Shown here one piece after another: positions 1-9,719 of a DNA stretch of 64,000 nucleotides. Source of the DNA: Cyanophora paradoxa CCMP329 (lineage: Eukaryota; Plantae; Glaucophyta); the NCBI GenBank assembly GCA_004431415.1, contig QPMI01000477.1, forward strand, positions 620,001-684,000, written 5' to 3'. Each line of letters opens with the position of its first letter. Positions within the stretch are counted from its first letter, which is position 1. The notes beneath the pieces were generated by a model. The model ran no database searches. It saw nothing but the letters and a program-made list of their open reading frames with translations, and was not told the origin of the DNA. The position numbers and the translations under genes are program-made.

Positions 1-1117
1 CTTGGGCAGGAAAGTCAGTTCAGGGACAGGGGTTCTGTCGTCCTTTCCAATTGTAACCATGCCTAGGCGCAGTGGGTCAAGAACCTTCTCCGAAATGGAC
101 TTGAAAGAAATGCCCCAATCATCTCCTTCAACAGGGTCTCGCCCATTCACCATCTTAAAGAGTCCGTTGTAAGACCAATCGATTCGCTTGTATTTCCCTT
201 TGGTCTTAGCCTTCTCAAACGCTCCTCCAAACCATTTGATGAGGACATCGAAAACACACTTCCCAACCTTGAATGAATCACCTTTCAAGAACATTTCCTT
301 GAATGTGGTGGCTTGGGGGTTCCCTTCGTTTTTAATGAAATTCGAAATAATCATTGGAGCGTTTGTATTGTCTCTGAGGACTTGTTCATTTCTTGGATGT
401 ATTCTTCATTATCTGTCGTGATGACTCTTTCAATTGTCATAATATCGGGTAGGTATCTTGCTCAATTAGTTTTAGGTAGCGGAAATCTTGATTGGTCGAG
501 TTAAACTCAATAACTGCTGCAATAAATTCAGCAATGACAGTCCCCTCAACACATGGGAACGTATTGAAGGTGGATTGAACCAGACCGAGAGCATTCAGAA
601 AAGCTGCCTTGGTACACTGGATACCAAAGGGGCGATTGTTCCGAAGCCTCTTCGATTCAATGTAGGTCACACCATTCTCAGTGACCCTGTTTGCATTTGC
701 AGGGGCTTGTTCTCCCTCTTGCAACTCACGGAAGAGTCTCACATTCAGGGTGACCATGTTTCCAGGTGAGTTTTCAACAAACTCACGGAGGTTAGCAATC
801 ATCTGCTGGAAAGGAGTCAAGCGCTTCCGCTCTCTCGCTTGCTCCGCTTTCTTGTTTTGCTTCTCAACATTCTTAGCGGCTCTCTCAGCCCTCTTCTCCT
901 TCTTCTCCTGCTTGCGATACAAACGAGGCTCTACGATACCTCTCAGTGTATCTCTGATATCAATCAACTTTGGAATTCTAATTGCTTTGAAAGTAAATTC
1001 TCTCAAGAAATAGATATCCTGCTCTCGGGTCAATTTGTCTTCTACTTTTGCTTGCATGTAGTAGCCAAGAATCTCATCCTGCAAATTTTTCGAAATTCGA
1101 TTACTTGGTCGAGGCAT
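1..1117 (-). CDS. Large hypothetical viral protein, N-terminal part (runs off window); possibly a replication protein
   Basis: ATG at 1117 (MPRPSNRISK) opens the ORF to 437. Open frames continue after two -1 shifts (~440 and ~360-400) to the window edge (MIISNFIKNEGNPQ...GKCVFDVLIKWF...WGISFKSISEKVLDPLRLG). It has the same upstream motifs as the 1616 gene. No diagnostic catalytic motif is visible. Confidence 0.5.
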
Positions 1118-1133
1118 TTCTTTGTTCACTCTA

Positions 1134-1189
1134 TTAATATATACCTACAAAAGTTTTCTTTAAATACTTTTATACTCGCGTCAAATTTT
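1134..1189 (-). promoter_or_regulatory. Putative viral promoter (AAAATTTGAC ... TATTTAAAGA ... ATATATTAA)
   Basis: The same three motifs occur in the same order upstream of both the 1117 and 1616 genes; the first resembles the mimivirus early element AAAATTGA. Confidence 0.5.
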
Positions 1190-1358
1190 ACCGACAAAAC
1201 CAAAAGTCTCCAACAAAATAAATTTAGTCGAGGGCATTCATAAAAATAACAAAGGGTTGGCTCGATCATCGAACTCTAAAAATAACAGAATGATTATATT
1301 TGTGGTTCCAGCGCGTTTCCCACGGGTTTCTCAGAGCAGATCGCGCTGAGAAAAACGA

Positions 1359-1616
1359 TTAACAGAGATATTTCGATTTGCGACCACGGTTAGAATACGG
1401 GACACCATAGAGATACTTCACAAAGCAGACTGCATTGGAAGCATAGAGACGCTGGGAACTCTCAACGATCTTCATGGCTCTGTAACACTCATCAGTATGG
1501 TATAAGTCACGCATTTGCTTTGCAAATCTGGCATTGTACTTTTTCAAATATTCCTGACCTTTTTCAGTTTTACGATAACGATAAGTAGCACGCTTCTGAG
1601 CCTCACTGATTGGCAT
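1359..1616 (-). CDS. Small basic viral protein (85 aa), possibly DNA-binding
   Basis: MPISEAQKRATYRYRKTEKG start, K/R/Y-rich; upstream motif set shared with the neighbouring gene. Confidence 0.65.
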   Translation of the reverse strand: MPISEAQKRATYRYRKTEKGQEYLKKYNARFAKQMRDLYHTDECYRAMKIVESSQRLYASNAVCFVKYLYGVPYSNRGRKSKYLC

Positions 1617-1635
1617 GTTGTCCTTTTCTACTCTC

Positions 1636-1706
1636 TTAATATATGTTAAGAAATCTTTAAGTAGTTTTTCTGTCTGTATATAGCGAATAAACTCCTGTCA
1701 AATTTT
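1636..1706 (-). promoter_or_regulatory. Putative viral promoter (AAAATTTGAC ... TACTTAAAGA ... ATATATTAA)
   Basis: Second copy of the motif triplet seen at 1134-1189. Confidence 0.5.
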
Positions 1707-1965
1707 GGTCCCGATTGCAGAGCATCCAGTACGAAAGAAGATGCTGGAAAAATGATAAAGCCACCGATACCCAGAAGGTTCACTTGTCGGCTGCAAGTTT
1801 CTACCACTGAACCCGGTAGAACAGGTGATTAAAGTGATTTACCTATGGATATTTCACTTCGCTCTACAACGCCTCCATAAAAATGAAGAAGTTTTGAGCC
1901 TACGGGATAGGATTGGTTACGTAGCGCTAACAATGTTTGAGAAATTATATTATTCAGATTGATCC

Positions 1966-2727
1966 TTAACGGCGATAACCGGGTCTTATACCAAGCTTGG
2001 CGAATCCAGAGACCATTGGGGCAGCATTTGGAATCGAGTTGACTGGATCAGCCTGCGAAGTGGCAACCCGAAGGATCGACTTATTGAGAACCGGCAAATC
2101 CGTTTTGTTGGAGTCTTGATACTCAATGGTCTTTGCAATCAATTCTGTAGGTGAGTCTTTTGCCACATGAACAGGTTCGGGAATAACTTCATGGGTTACT
2201 TCTGGTTTCTTCTCAACCTTTTCCTTTGTGATTGGCTGTTCCTTGATCTTGTTTTCGTTTTTGGTCTCTGCTGCAATACCATCAACAAGACTCTTAGCAT
2301 ACTGATATGTTACAGATTTCAGTCCACCAGTGGTTGAACGAATAAAGTAGCGGTTGCGATGGTCTTTCTCGGAATAGGTTGAGTAGAGTCGCTCACCACC
2401 ATCAAGCAGTTTCAGCAGTGTCGATGATGAGGCAACCTTGTCCTTTGTGGATGATTTGAACTGTCCTTTCTTGATTCCTCGTTTGGCTCCGGGCATGCGG
2501 TTCAGTGGGACTTGGTCAACAAGGGCATTATCATCATTACTGTTTTTCGTAGTGGCTTGGGTGAATTGGTTTCGTTCTTTATGGACTTCCTTTTCGAGGT
2601 CACCAGTTCCGTATGCAGCGAGTCCTTTCGATTTCTTATACCAGTTCCTTCCATTCTCACCATTGCCAACATCCGCTTCAGCGGCTGGTTTGGCTAAGAA
2701 ATTCTTGGGTTGAGTCTTGCGAGCCAT
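1966..2727 (-). CDS. Hypothetical Lys-rich viral protein (253 aa)
   Basis: Intact ATG ORF, co-directional with and 36 bp downstream of the penton-like gene. Confidence 0.7.
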   Translation of the reverse strand: MARKTQPKNFLAKPAAEADVGNGENGRNWYKKSKGLAAYGTGDLEKEVHKERNQFTQATTKNSNDDNALVDQVPLNRMPGAKRGIKKGQFKSSTKDKVASSSTLLKLLDGGERLYSTYSEKDHRNRYFIRSTTGGLKSVTYQYAKSLVDGIAAETKNENKIKEQPITKEKVEKKPEVTHEVIPEPVHVAKDSPTELIAKTIEYQDSNKTDLPVLNKSILRVATSQADPVNSIPNAAPMVSGFAKLGIRPGYRR

Positions 2728-2763
2728 TTGTAATATTGAAACAAATTTATTCTACAGTATTTC

Positions 2764-3651
2764 CTATGACCGTGAGAACGGCAGGTAGAGTCCCTCCAAC
2801 TCTTTTATGACATTCTTCAATGCTTTTTTCGTCAGATCTTTATCATCTTCAGTAATCAGTTCAAGAGTCATCGACCAGTCGGTAGTAATGTCTGCTGTGG
2901 CTCCATTCCAGTAAGAAAGTCTCACATCTAGAGTCTCAACCTCAACCAAGCCATTCTGCTCGTGAACGATCATGGAATTATTCGATGAATCATATTTTAA
3001 TAGACTGCCAACCGTTTGGTCAATCTCAATTTTCGCGATAGCATTGTTATCTCGTTTGTTATTGCTCACATATCTTCCTTTCAGTGGATCAACATGAAGA
3101 AGCAAATAGGAATTAAATAGTAGATCTAATGGCATTTCACTATCAATGTAGTGAGCATAAGTAAAGGCTCCAACTGTGACATTAGATGATAGAGGACTCG
3201 ATTGGTACAGTGTGTTAGCATTTTCAAAACCACAGAAATTGGCTAAGAGTTGAGTGTTCATAGTGATTGAGAATGGAACCTCACACATGAACCTTAGAAG
3301 CAATGTTGTGGGATCATAGGTTACATAGAAATGGCGAGTGTAAGTTCCGCCACCCGCTTGATTATAGGGCTGGGATCCAATGCGAGCGATCAGATAATTC
3401 ACCAGTGAATCCGGTGTATATGCACCTCGGAGGACTTCGTTGTTTCTATTCTTTGGGTTCCCAGCATTATCGAGTGTTTGTGTGGTGAGGGTTCCTACTT
3501 CAGAGAGGTTGTAAAGATTGTGAAACATCTCAAAGTTCGTTACTCGACAGGCTCTGACCTTTTGGATCGCATAAGGGAGTCTGTATGTGAAATTAGTTGG
3601 GGTTCCATCCGATCGGTCCCTGGAATCAATATTGAGATAGTAACGCGTCAT
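2764..3651 (-). CDS. Minor capsid (penton-like, single jelly-roll; DUF5901-type) protein
   Basis: N-terminal YLNIDSRDR...NFTYRLP, central YLLLHV and C-terminal LDVRLSYWNG...DWSMTLEL match the PLV/NCLDV minor capsid pattern; divergent from the MCP. Confidence 0.8.
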   Translation of the reverse strand: MTRYYLNIDSRDRSDGTPTNFTYRLPYAIQKVRACRVTNFEMFHNLYNLSEVGTLTTQTLDNAGNPKNRNNEVLRGAYTPDSLVNYLIARIGSQPYNQAGGGTYTRHFYVTYDPTTLLLRFMCEVPFSITMNTQLLANFCGFENANTLYQSSPLSSNVTVGAFTYAHYIDSEMPLDLLFNSYLLLHVDPLKGRYVSNNKRDNNAIAKIEIDQTVGSLLKYDSSNNSMIVHEQNGLVEVETLDVRLSYWNGATADITTDWSMTLELITEDDKDLTKKALKNVIKELEGLYLPFSRS

Positions 3652-3703
3652 TCTGTTTAATAAAGCATTTTAAAAATTTCTTTTGGTATTTTAAACATAA
3701 GAG

Positions 3704-4928
3704 ATGGCACTCACTGGAACTACCCTGAAGGAACTCCTCGTAACTCCCGGTTCCGATCAAATTTATCTTTCCCCTGGTCTCCAAATCGGAACCAACCCCA
3801 AATACAAACCATTCCTCGAGCAAGTTCGTCCCGGGGCAACACTTTTGGCTTCAAGAATACCGCTTACTTTGATCTACCTCGCAAGCAACTCCTTGCTGGT
3901 GTTTCGCTCTATTTCAAGATTGCCACTGGTGGTGGTGTAGCCTGCACCCTCCCCAATGGTGGTTCTTCTTTTATTAATGAGGTCCGTTTCGTTCATGGTG
4001 GTTTCAAGTATATTATCCCTGGTGATTGGATCACTGTAAACGCCCTGGTCGATAATGATCACGCTACCATGAGCAGCATGTATGCTTCTCTCGGTTACTT
4101 CAAAGAGACAGATCGTGAAAGCACAGATGAAGCAATGGAATACATCGTTAGAATCCCCGCTGCTTTCTGGAAGAAGCTTATTTCCCATTATGTACGCTAG
4201 CCGATATGCCAACAATCGAGGTTGATTTCCGTGATGCTGCGATTGTCCAAGTTCCGGCTGGTGGATCTGTAACCTTTGCGGATTGCTCTCTGATCTGCCA
4301 ATTCGTAAACATTGCTTCGGCTGAGGCTGAGACACTCCTTAAAATGGCGAACGAACAAGGTGGCATTCGCATCCCGATCACAGAGGTCATTCACAAGAAG
4401 ACCCGAGCGCTCAAAACCGCTGATGCTGGTGAATCTGTTGAGGTTACACTCGCTAATGTTTCTGGTCTGGTTCACTCGATTCTGATGACTGTTCGAGAGG
4501 TGAACAAACTTAACACCTACACTCACTCGGATTTCTGCGGTCATGAATCTGCTGTTAAGATTGATCAGTTCCAGATCTTCCACAACAATCGCTCCCTGGA
4601 TATATCTAACAAACCCATTTCCGGTTTCCTCTCTGCTGTCAATCACATTCCTTCTCACTACAAGGGTGTTACTGTGGGCAATACCACGTACGGATTCGAG
4701 TCTGGAAATGTTTACGGAATTGTTCTTTCCAAGTCTGGAAAAGATTCGCTTCGGAACTCGGTTATGGGTTACCAGGATTTCTTCAACAGCAGCTCGAGTT
4801 ACATGGATCTCACTGTTTCCGGATGCACTGATGCCGCTCCTGTTCAGGTTGATATCTATGCCCTCCGACACAATGTTATGGTACTTAATGGCTACAACAT
4901 CTCTACCCTGAAAGTCTCGAACTTCTAA
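3704..4928 (+). CDS. Double jelly-roll major capsid protein (~408 aa after restoring two single-base losses)
   Basis: The joined frames read FGFKNTAYFDLPRKQLLAGVSLYF, YIVRIPAAFWEEAYFPLCTL...IEVDF, NVYGIVLS and VDIYALRHNVMVL, which parallel NCLDV-type MCP motifs. Frameshifts fall in G runs at 3833-3836 and 4169-4170. Confidence 0.85.
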
Positions 4929-5008
4929 AGTTCTTTTCTTTTGTTAGTGTAGGAAGCGCAATTATTTGTAGGTGTGTACTTTATTTTGTTTTTTATCTTA
5001 TTACTGTA

Positions 5009-5767
5009 ATGGATAACACAGTAAATCTTGATGATATTCCGGAGTTCGATCCGAGTAAGACGGTTCGAATCCCGACAAGAATTTTGAATGTTGGTCGCTC
5101 CAATACAGGTAAGACAATGTTCACAAAATACTTACTTTACGAGCTTCGTGACAAGATCGATCAAATCGTTATATTTAGTTCAACAGCTTTTACTGGACAA
5201 TTCAATGACATCACCCATCCCGATAACATCTATGAAGAGTGGGATGATAACATTGTTTTGAGATTGATCAGTATGCAAAAGAAACGAATTGAGAATAACG
5301 AAAAGCGAAATAACCTAGTTATCATACTCGATGACATGATAGGTTCAAATTTGGATATGCATAATTCGGCTGTGTTATCTAAATTAGTAACGAGTGGAAG
5401 ACATTATTCAATCTCGGTAATCTTTAATGTTCAGCGTTTGTGTTCTATTTCTACTACCATTCGTCGCAATGTGGAGTTCGTTGTATTTTTCAATATTCTT
5501 GGGAACGAGAAAGAGTTCAATTGCGCCTTTGATGAGTACAATGGTGGTTTGGATAAGAAGACCTACAAGGAATTGCATAGACTATGGGGTTATAATTACC
5601 AAACTGTCATAGCTAGCCTGCAAGGTTATGATATCAAGACCTATACTGATAGAGCAGTACTCACTGATGATGATATAAAGGGCTTTAAGAAGTTTGTGAA
5701 GAGAAAAGCAATTAAAAGGAGTCAGATGGCTCGGATTCAGCGAGAAATGACCACAATCAGTGTGTAA
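5009..5767 (+). CDS. A32-like (FtsK/HerA superfamily) genome packaging ATPase
   Basis: Walker A GRSNTGKT, Walker B LVIILDD, and A32 signature TSGRHYSISVIFNVQ...IRRN. Confidence 0.92.
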   Translation: MDNTVNLDDIPEFDPSKTVRIPTRILNVGRSNTGKTMFTKYLLYELRDKIDQIVIFSSTAFTGQFNDITHPDNIYEEWDDNIVLRLISMQKKRIENNEKRNNLVIILDDMIGSNLDMHNSAVLSKLVTSGRHYSISVIFNVQRLCSISTTIRRNVEFVVFFNILGNEKEFNCAFDEYNGGLDKKTYKELHRLWGYNYQTVIASLQGYDIKTYTDRAVLTDDDIKGFKKFVKRKAIKRSQMARIQREMTTISV

Positions 5768-6011
5768 AAGGTCGATTTTTGAGAAATGTTGTATAATAAG
5801 GTAGCTTGAAATACTGTGGGGATTGCACAGTTGCGTAGAGCTTAAACAGCGCTTCAAACCGATATGCAGAACGTTGCGAGATCATAATCTGGTGATGAGA
5901 TACAAGCGTTTGAAGATGCCGATAATCGATTTACCGAAACTTCGGTGAAACGTGAGCGAAACTTGAACCGTGAGATCATATACCCTACTATGGTTTATTC
6001 CCCGGGTTTTC

Positions 6012-6095
6012 ATGGCGCATTTAATGGCGCATTTAATGGCGCATTTAATGGCGCATTTTATGGCGCATTTTATGGCGCATTTTATGGCGCATTTG
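6012..6095. repeat. 12-bp tandem repeat ATGGCGCATTT(A/T) x7
   Basis: Directly visible. Confidence 0.95.
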
Positions 6096-6157
6096 ATGAA
6101 AAGTCCCTACTCTGTGGCATGAACCAATCAGAAGCCAGCAAATTTAAAATTAATATA

Positions 6158-6260
6158 TGAGGTATTATCTGAGATATAATCTGAGGTATTATCTGAGATA
6201 TAATCTGAGGTATTATCTGAGGTATTATCTGAGGTATTATCTGAGATGTTATCTGTGATA
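6158..6260. repeat. 12-bp tandem repeat TGAG(G/A)TAT(T/A)ATC x~8
   Basis: Directly visible. Confidence 0.9.
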
Positions 6261-6703
6261 TAAACCTGGGGAGAAGTTGAAGGGGGATACAACAAAACAA
6301 GTAGCACACCAATCAGATTGCGTCACACATATATACATATACATCATGACAATATACACATCGCCGTGATCGTCATGATCTCCCGAATAAGCCGGTGTGT
6401 CATATATATCAGATACATATACATCATCATCATGACGTCATATATGAATATATATCACATATACACAAATTGATATGTTATAGGTTTGACTATAAATCGA
6501 TTTCCTATGATATATATGATATATATTACAGTGATATATTGACGTATATACGATTCAAAAACAATTAAAATTCTATTGTTTTTATTGTCGTTTCTATTGT
6601 TGTTTCTAGTGTAACAAATACAGTAAAAAATCGTTCAAAAAATACAGTAAAAAATGAGAGGTTTTCTTTCGAGGTTTTAACTAAACTTACTTAGTTATTC
6701 ATG

Positions 6704-7092
6704 GGAGACACGGCGGATGAAAAGGATATAACTTCGATTAAATATAATTAATCGAGATTATGATATAACTTCGATAAATAAGATTTAAGATATAACTTCG
6801 ATTAATTCGATTTTTGTTACTGAGGCTTACTGAGATTTAGTGAGATTTGGAATTGGGTTACTGTGAATGGTTTGTTTTTCTTGGGAATTGTTTTGGAGAC
6901 ACGGCGCATAAAAAAGATATAACTTCGATAAGATATAATTAATCGAGATTATGATATAACTTCGATTAATTCAATGTTTCTTACTGAGGCTTACTGAGAT
7001 TTACTGATATTCAAGATTGGGTTACTGGGAATGGTTTGTTTTCTGATTTGTTTTTGATTTTTTCGCGGGTATTTTTTTGGAGACACGGCGCA
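6704..7092. repeat. Two ~190-bp direct repeats delimited by three GGAGACACGGCG copies; putative terminal region of element A
   Basis: GGAGACACGGCG at 6704, 6895 and 7079; each unit has GATATAACTTCGAT sub-repeats and TTACTGAGGCTTACTGAGATTT. Confidence 0.9.
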
Positions 7093-7393
7093 GTGCTGAG
7101 CTCCCAATGCAAAGATTGTGGAGTATGTAGGTCTGAGATCGAAACTCTATGCTTTCAGAACTGAGACCTTTGATAAAATAAAGATGTCTGGGACTTCCTC
7201 AAAAGAGGTTCACTTTGATGATTTCAAAAGATGCCTGTTTGAAGGCATCACCAAAACAGTAGCAGTAGTAAACAAGCGAAGGCAAGACCACAACCTATAT
7301 GATTTGGAGAGCAGAAGGGTGGCTCTAAACCAACTCGATAGCAAAAGGAAGATATTAGACGATGGAATTCACAGCATTCCATTTGGGCTCTAA
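7093..7393 (+). pseudogene. 5'-truncated protein-primed DNA polymerase B (C-terminal ~100 aa)
   Basis: (AEL)PNAKIVEYVGLRSKLYAF...FDDFKRCLF...HNLY...VALNQLDSKRKILDDGIHSIPFG is the typical Polinton pPolB C-terminus. There is no ATG, and the upstream DNA is non-coding repeat. Confidence 0.88.
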
Positions 7394-7551
7394 TCTACTT
7401 CATCAATCTTTCTTTTTCTTTGGTTTCGCTCTCCAAGAAGTAACAAACCGCGAATTAAATGCAGCAGCCATATACATCTTAATCCTGGATCATTGGGCTC
7501 AATTGCAAAGTAGTTTGGAATTGTGTTCTCCTTCCACACAGACTCTTGCAT
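7390..7551 (-). CDS. Small hypothetical protein (53 aa), not in ORF track
   Basis: MQESVWKENTIPNYFAIEPNDPGLRCIWLLHLIRGLLLLGERNQRKRKIDEVD; fills the gap between pPolB and integrase, its stop overlaps the pPolB stop, A-rich start context, RKRK motif. Confidence 0.5.
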   Translation of the reverse strand: MQESVWKENTIPNYFAIEPNDPGLRCIWLLHLIRGLLLLGERNQRKRKIDEVD

Positions 7552-7576
7552 TTATTATATGAGAGATAAGGTAAAG

Positions 7577-8977
7577 ATGCCTTCTACACAAATAGGATTG
7601 AGACAACCACCAAGAATTGTGAGAAAAGAGGCAATTGAAGATCGAGGGAATATCCTGCCCATCACAGTTCCAGTGGAGGAGAAGAGCAGTCGAATATTAA
7701 AAAGATCAGAGATGGTCAAGCAATTAATCCCAGAGACACTCCCAGCTGAGACAGCACCAAAAGAGTCAAAGATTGCTAAGAAGTTCTATGATCCCAGGAC
7801 AGGCTACAAGGGATTTACTGCAATGAGACAGGAACTACCAGAGGAGAACTACAAGAAAATGAGAGAATGGTATGATAAGCAGGAGGTTGTCCAAATTAAT
7901 GCACCTACCCTATCTCGAAAGAGAGATCCCATGATTCCAATTAGGCAACCCCTTGATACATATGTGATTGATCTGCTCTTGTTTCCTGCATACAAAAAGC
8001 AGAATGATGGTTATGATACATTTATGAGTGCAATGGAATCAACCCTAAGAACTGGGTTCATCATTCCAATGAGAGACAAGAGTGCTCTTACTACACTTGC
8101 AGCATTCAAGCAACTTGAACAGAGAGTCCCCAGACCAATTGTTCGCATTCAGAGTGATAGTGGAAGCGAATTTACCAATGTCTTATTCACAGATTATTTG
8201 GGAACGAAATTCATTGAGCATCAACTAAGTGATGTTGCAGATCACAGAACCCAAGGTCGGATTGAAGCCTTTAACAGACAGATCAAGAGATTAATCACAA
8301 ACTACTGCATTGCAAATAATACTGCACGATTTTTTGATGTGTTGGGTGATATTGAGTATAATTATAATAATACCATCCACTCTGCAACCAAGAGAAAACC
8401 AGCAGAGACCACAGAAGCCCACTACAAAGAGATAGTGAATATGGAGGATCAGAGATTCAAGAAATCGATTGAGTATCTTGATGCTCTGAAACCTGGAATG
8501 TTTGTGAGAGTGAAAGTTGAAAAGAATCCATTTGCAAAGCAGGGTGTTAATTGGTCTCGAATTGTTTATAGTGTGGAGGGCAGAGAGGGCTTCAAATTCA
8601 GAATCAGAAGTCCCAGTGGTGAGATAGTTGATGGTAGATTCGCTTTTCATGAACTGCTTCCCATTAAAGGTGTTGAGTATCATGAAACTCCCACAGTGGA
8701 TGCCCTTGAACAGGCAAAAGAGGAAGCCAGGGTTGATTCAGCAATCAGAAAGGAGGGCATAGAAAAAGCAAGTGAAGTTCCAAAAGAACCCCTCACAGAA
8801 GCAAGAGCACAAAAGAAGGGCAGAGTAGAGAAAGAGTTGAAGAAGTTGACCATAGCAGGAACCCAGAAATTATCAGAAGTTAACAGTCAGAGATGGTATA
8901 ATGACTTTTCAACCACCAAGGAAACATATACTGCACCCCAAACTCGATTTAATTTACGAAGTGGTCAGAGGAAATAG
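7577..8977 (+). CDS. Retroviral-like (rve) DDE integrase, Polinton c-integrase type
   Basis: Catalytic VIDL, IQSDSGSEF and IEAFNRQIK; YNNTIHSATKRKP; C-terminal GMFVRV...NWSRIVYSV. Start set at GTAAAG-ATG (7577). Confidence 0.93.
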   Translation: MPSTQIGLRQPPRIVRKEAIEDRGNILPITVPVEEKSSRILKRSEMVKQLIPETLPAETAPKESKIAKKFYDPRTGYKGFTAMRQELPEENYKKMREWYDKQEVVQINAPTLSRKRDPMIPIRQPLDTYVIDLLLFPAYKKQNDGYDTFMSAMESTLRTGFIIPMRDKSALTTLAAFKQLEQRVPRPIVRIQSDSGSEFTNVLFTDYLGTKFIEHQLSDVADHRTQGRIEAFNRQIKRLITNYCIANNTARFFDVLGDIEYNYNNTIHSATKRKPAETTEAHYKEIVNMEDQRFKKSIEYLDALKPGMFVRVKVEKNPFAKQGVNWSRIVYSVEGREGFKFRIRSPSGEIVDGRFAFHELLPIKGVEYHETPTVDALEQAKEEARVDSAIRKEGIEKASEVPKEPLTEARAQKKGRVEKELKKLTIAGTQKLSEVNSQRWYNDFSTTKETYTAPQTRFNLRSGQRK

Positions 8978-8978
8978 A

Positions 8979-9221
8979 TTAACAACGCTTTCGGAATCTC
9001 TTAGACCTCTGGCGAATTTTCCTCATTTGTCTATCTTTTTCAATAATTTCCAAGAAGAAAGTTTCAAGATTTGAAACCAGTTGGTAATTATAAACAAAGA
9101 ACAGTCTCACATGCTCTGGCTGTGACATGAAGAAATTGTAATAGAAAGCAGTTTTGAAATCATGGATCCAGTCTGATTGGGCAGCATGGATGATAGCAGG
9201 GTCTTGGTAGATGGGATCCAT
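8979..9221 (-). CDS. Small hypothetical protein (80 aa) with basic C-terminus
   Basis: ATG at 9221 (MDPIYQDP), convergent with the integrase, ends RKIRQRSKRFRKRC. Confidence 0.55.
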   Translation of the reverse strand: MDPIYQDPAIIHAAQSDWIHDFKTAFYYNFFMSQPEHVRLFFVYNYQLVSNLETFFLEIIEKDRQMRKIRQRSKRFRKRC

Positions 9222-9387
9222 AGCAGAAGTTGAGAGAATCCAGAAAATCCTTGGCAATTTTTTATTTTGTTAGTGCCCGATCTCGACGAAACCTGATAGC
9301 TGCTGCCGAGAGGATTCCGAATCTGCTTTCAGAATTGAAAACGGAGCAGTTGGTAATAAAATACATATGTATGACCGAGATTGATGG

Positions 9388-9488
9388 AGTTTCAGTGATG
9401 TTTCGGTGAAGTTTCGGTGCGAAGTTTCGGTGAAGTTTCGGTGTGAAGTTTCGGTGAAGTTTCGGTGAAGTTTCGGTGAAGTTTCGGT
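9388..9488. repeat. 11-13-bp tandem repeat GAAGTTTCGGT x~9
   Basis: Directly visible. Confidence 0.93.
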
Positions 9489-9516
9489 CAATAGGATAAT
9501 TCTATAAATCGAAAAA

Positions 9517-9719
9517 TGGTTGCGCGTCATCGCAACCATCATCGCAACCATGGTTGCATCATCGCAACCATCATCGCAACCATGGTTGCATCATCGCAAC
9601 CAGGTCGCGCAACCACTCAATCGGGAAAAAAATGGTTGCGCAACCACTGAATCGGAAAAAAATTGGTTGCGCAACCAGGTTGCGCAACCAGCGCAACCAT
9701 GGTTGCATCATCGCAACCG
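9517..9719. repeat. Array of direct and inverted GCAACCA/TGGTTGC motifs (TCATCGCAACCA units, TGGTTGCGCAACCA palindromes)
   Basis: Directly visible. Confidence 0.9.

Larger units (their letters stand above)
1..7092. mobile_element. Endogenous Polinton-like virus, element A (right part; left part outside window)
   Basis: AT-rich, intron-free block with a penton-like/MCP/A32 ATPase morphogenesis module, followed by 1.3 kb of non-coding repeats ending ...GGAGACACGGCGCA, where a truncated pPolB begins abruptly. The viral nature is well supported; the exact right boundary is inferred. Confidence 0.75.

Noticed and set aside
1700-1962. Possible ribozyme or small gene between viral ORFs
   Set aside because: Only short hairpins, no hammerhead CUGANGA core; the ~65-codon open frame lacks an ATG.
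3825-4175. Programmed -1 frameshifting in the MCP
   Set aside because: No in-frame X XXY YYZ slippery heptamer; the same single-base homopolymer losses occur in unrelated places in the window.
5945-6312. ORFs with GAFN and IIPQ repeats
   Set aside because: Translations of 12-bp non-coding tandem repeats with non-ATG starts.
6012-7092. Repeat arrays as a CRISPR array
   Set aside because: Units are contiguous or the intervening sequences are themselves repeats; no unique spacers and no cas genes.
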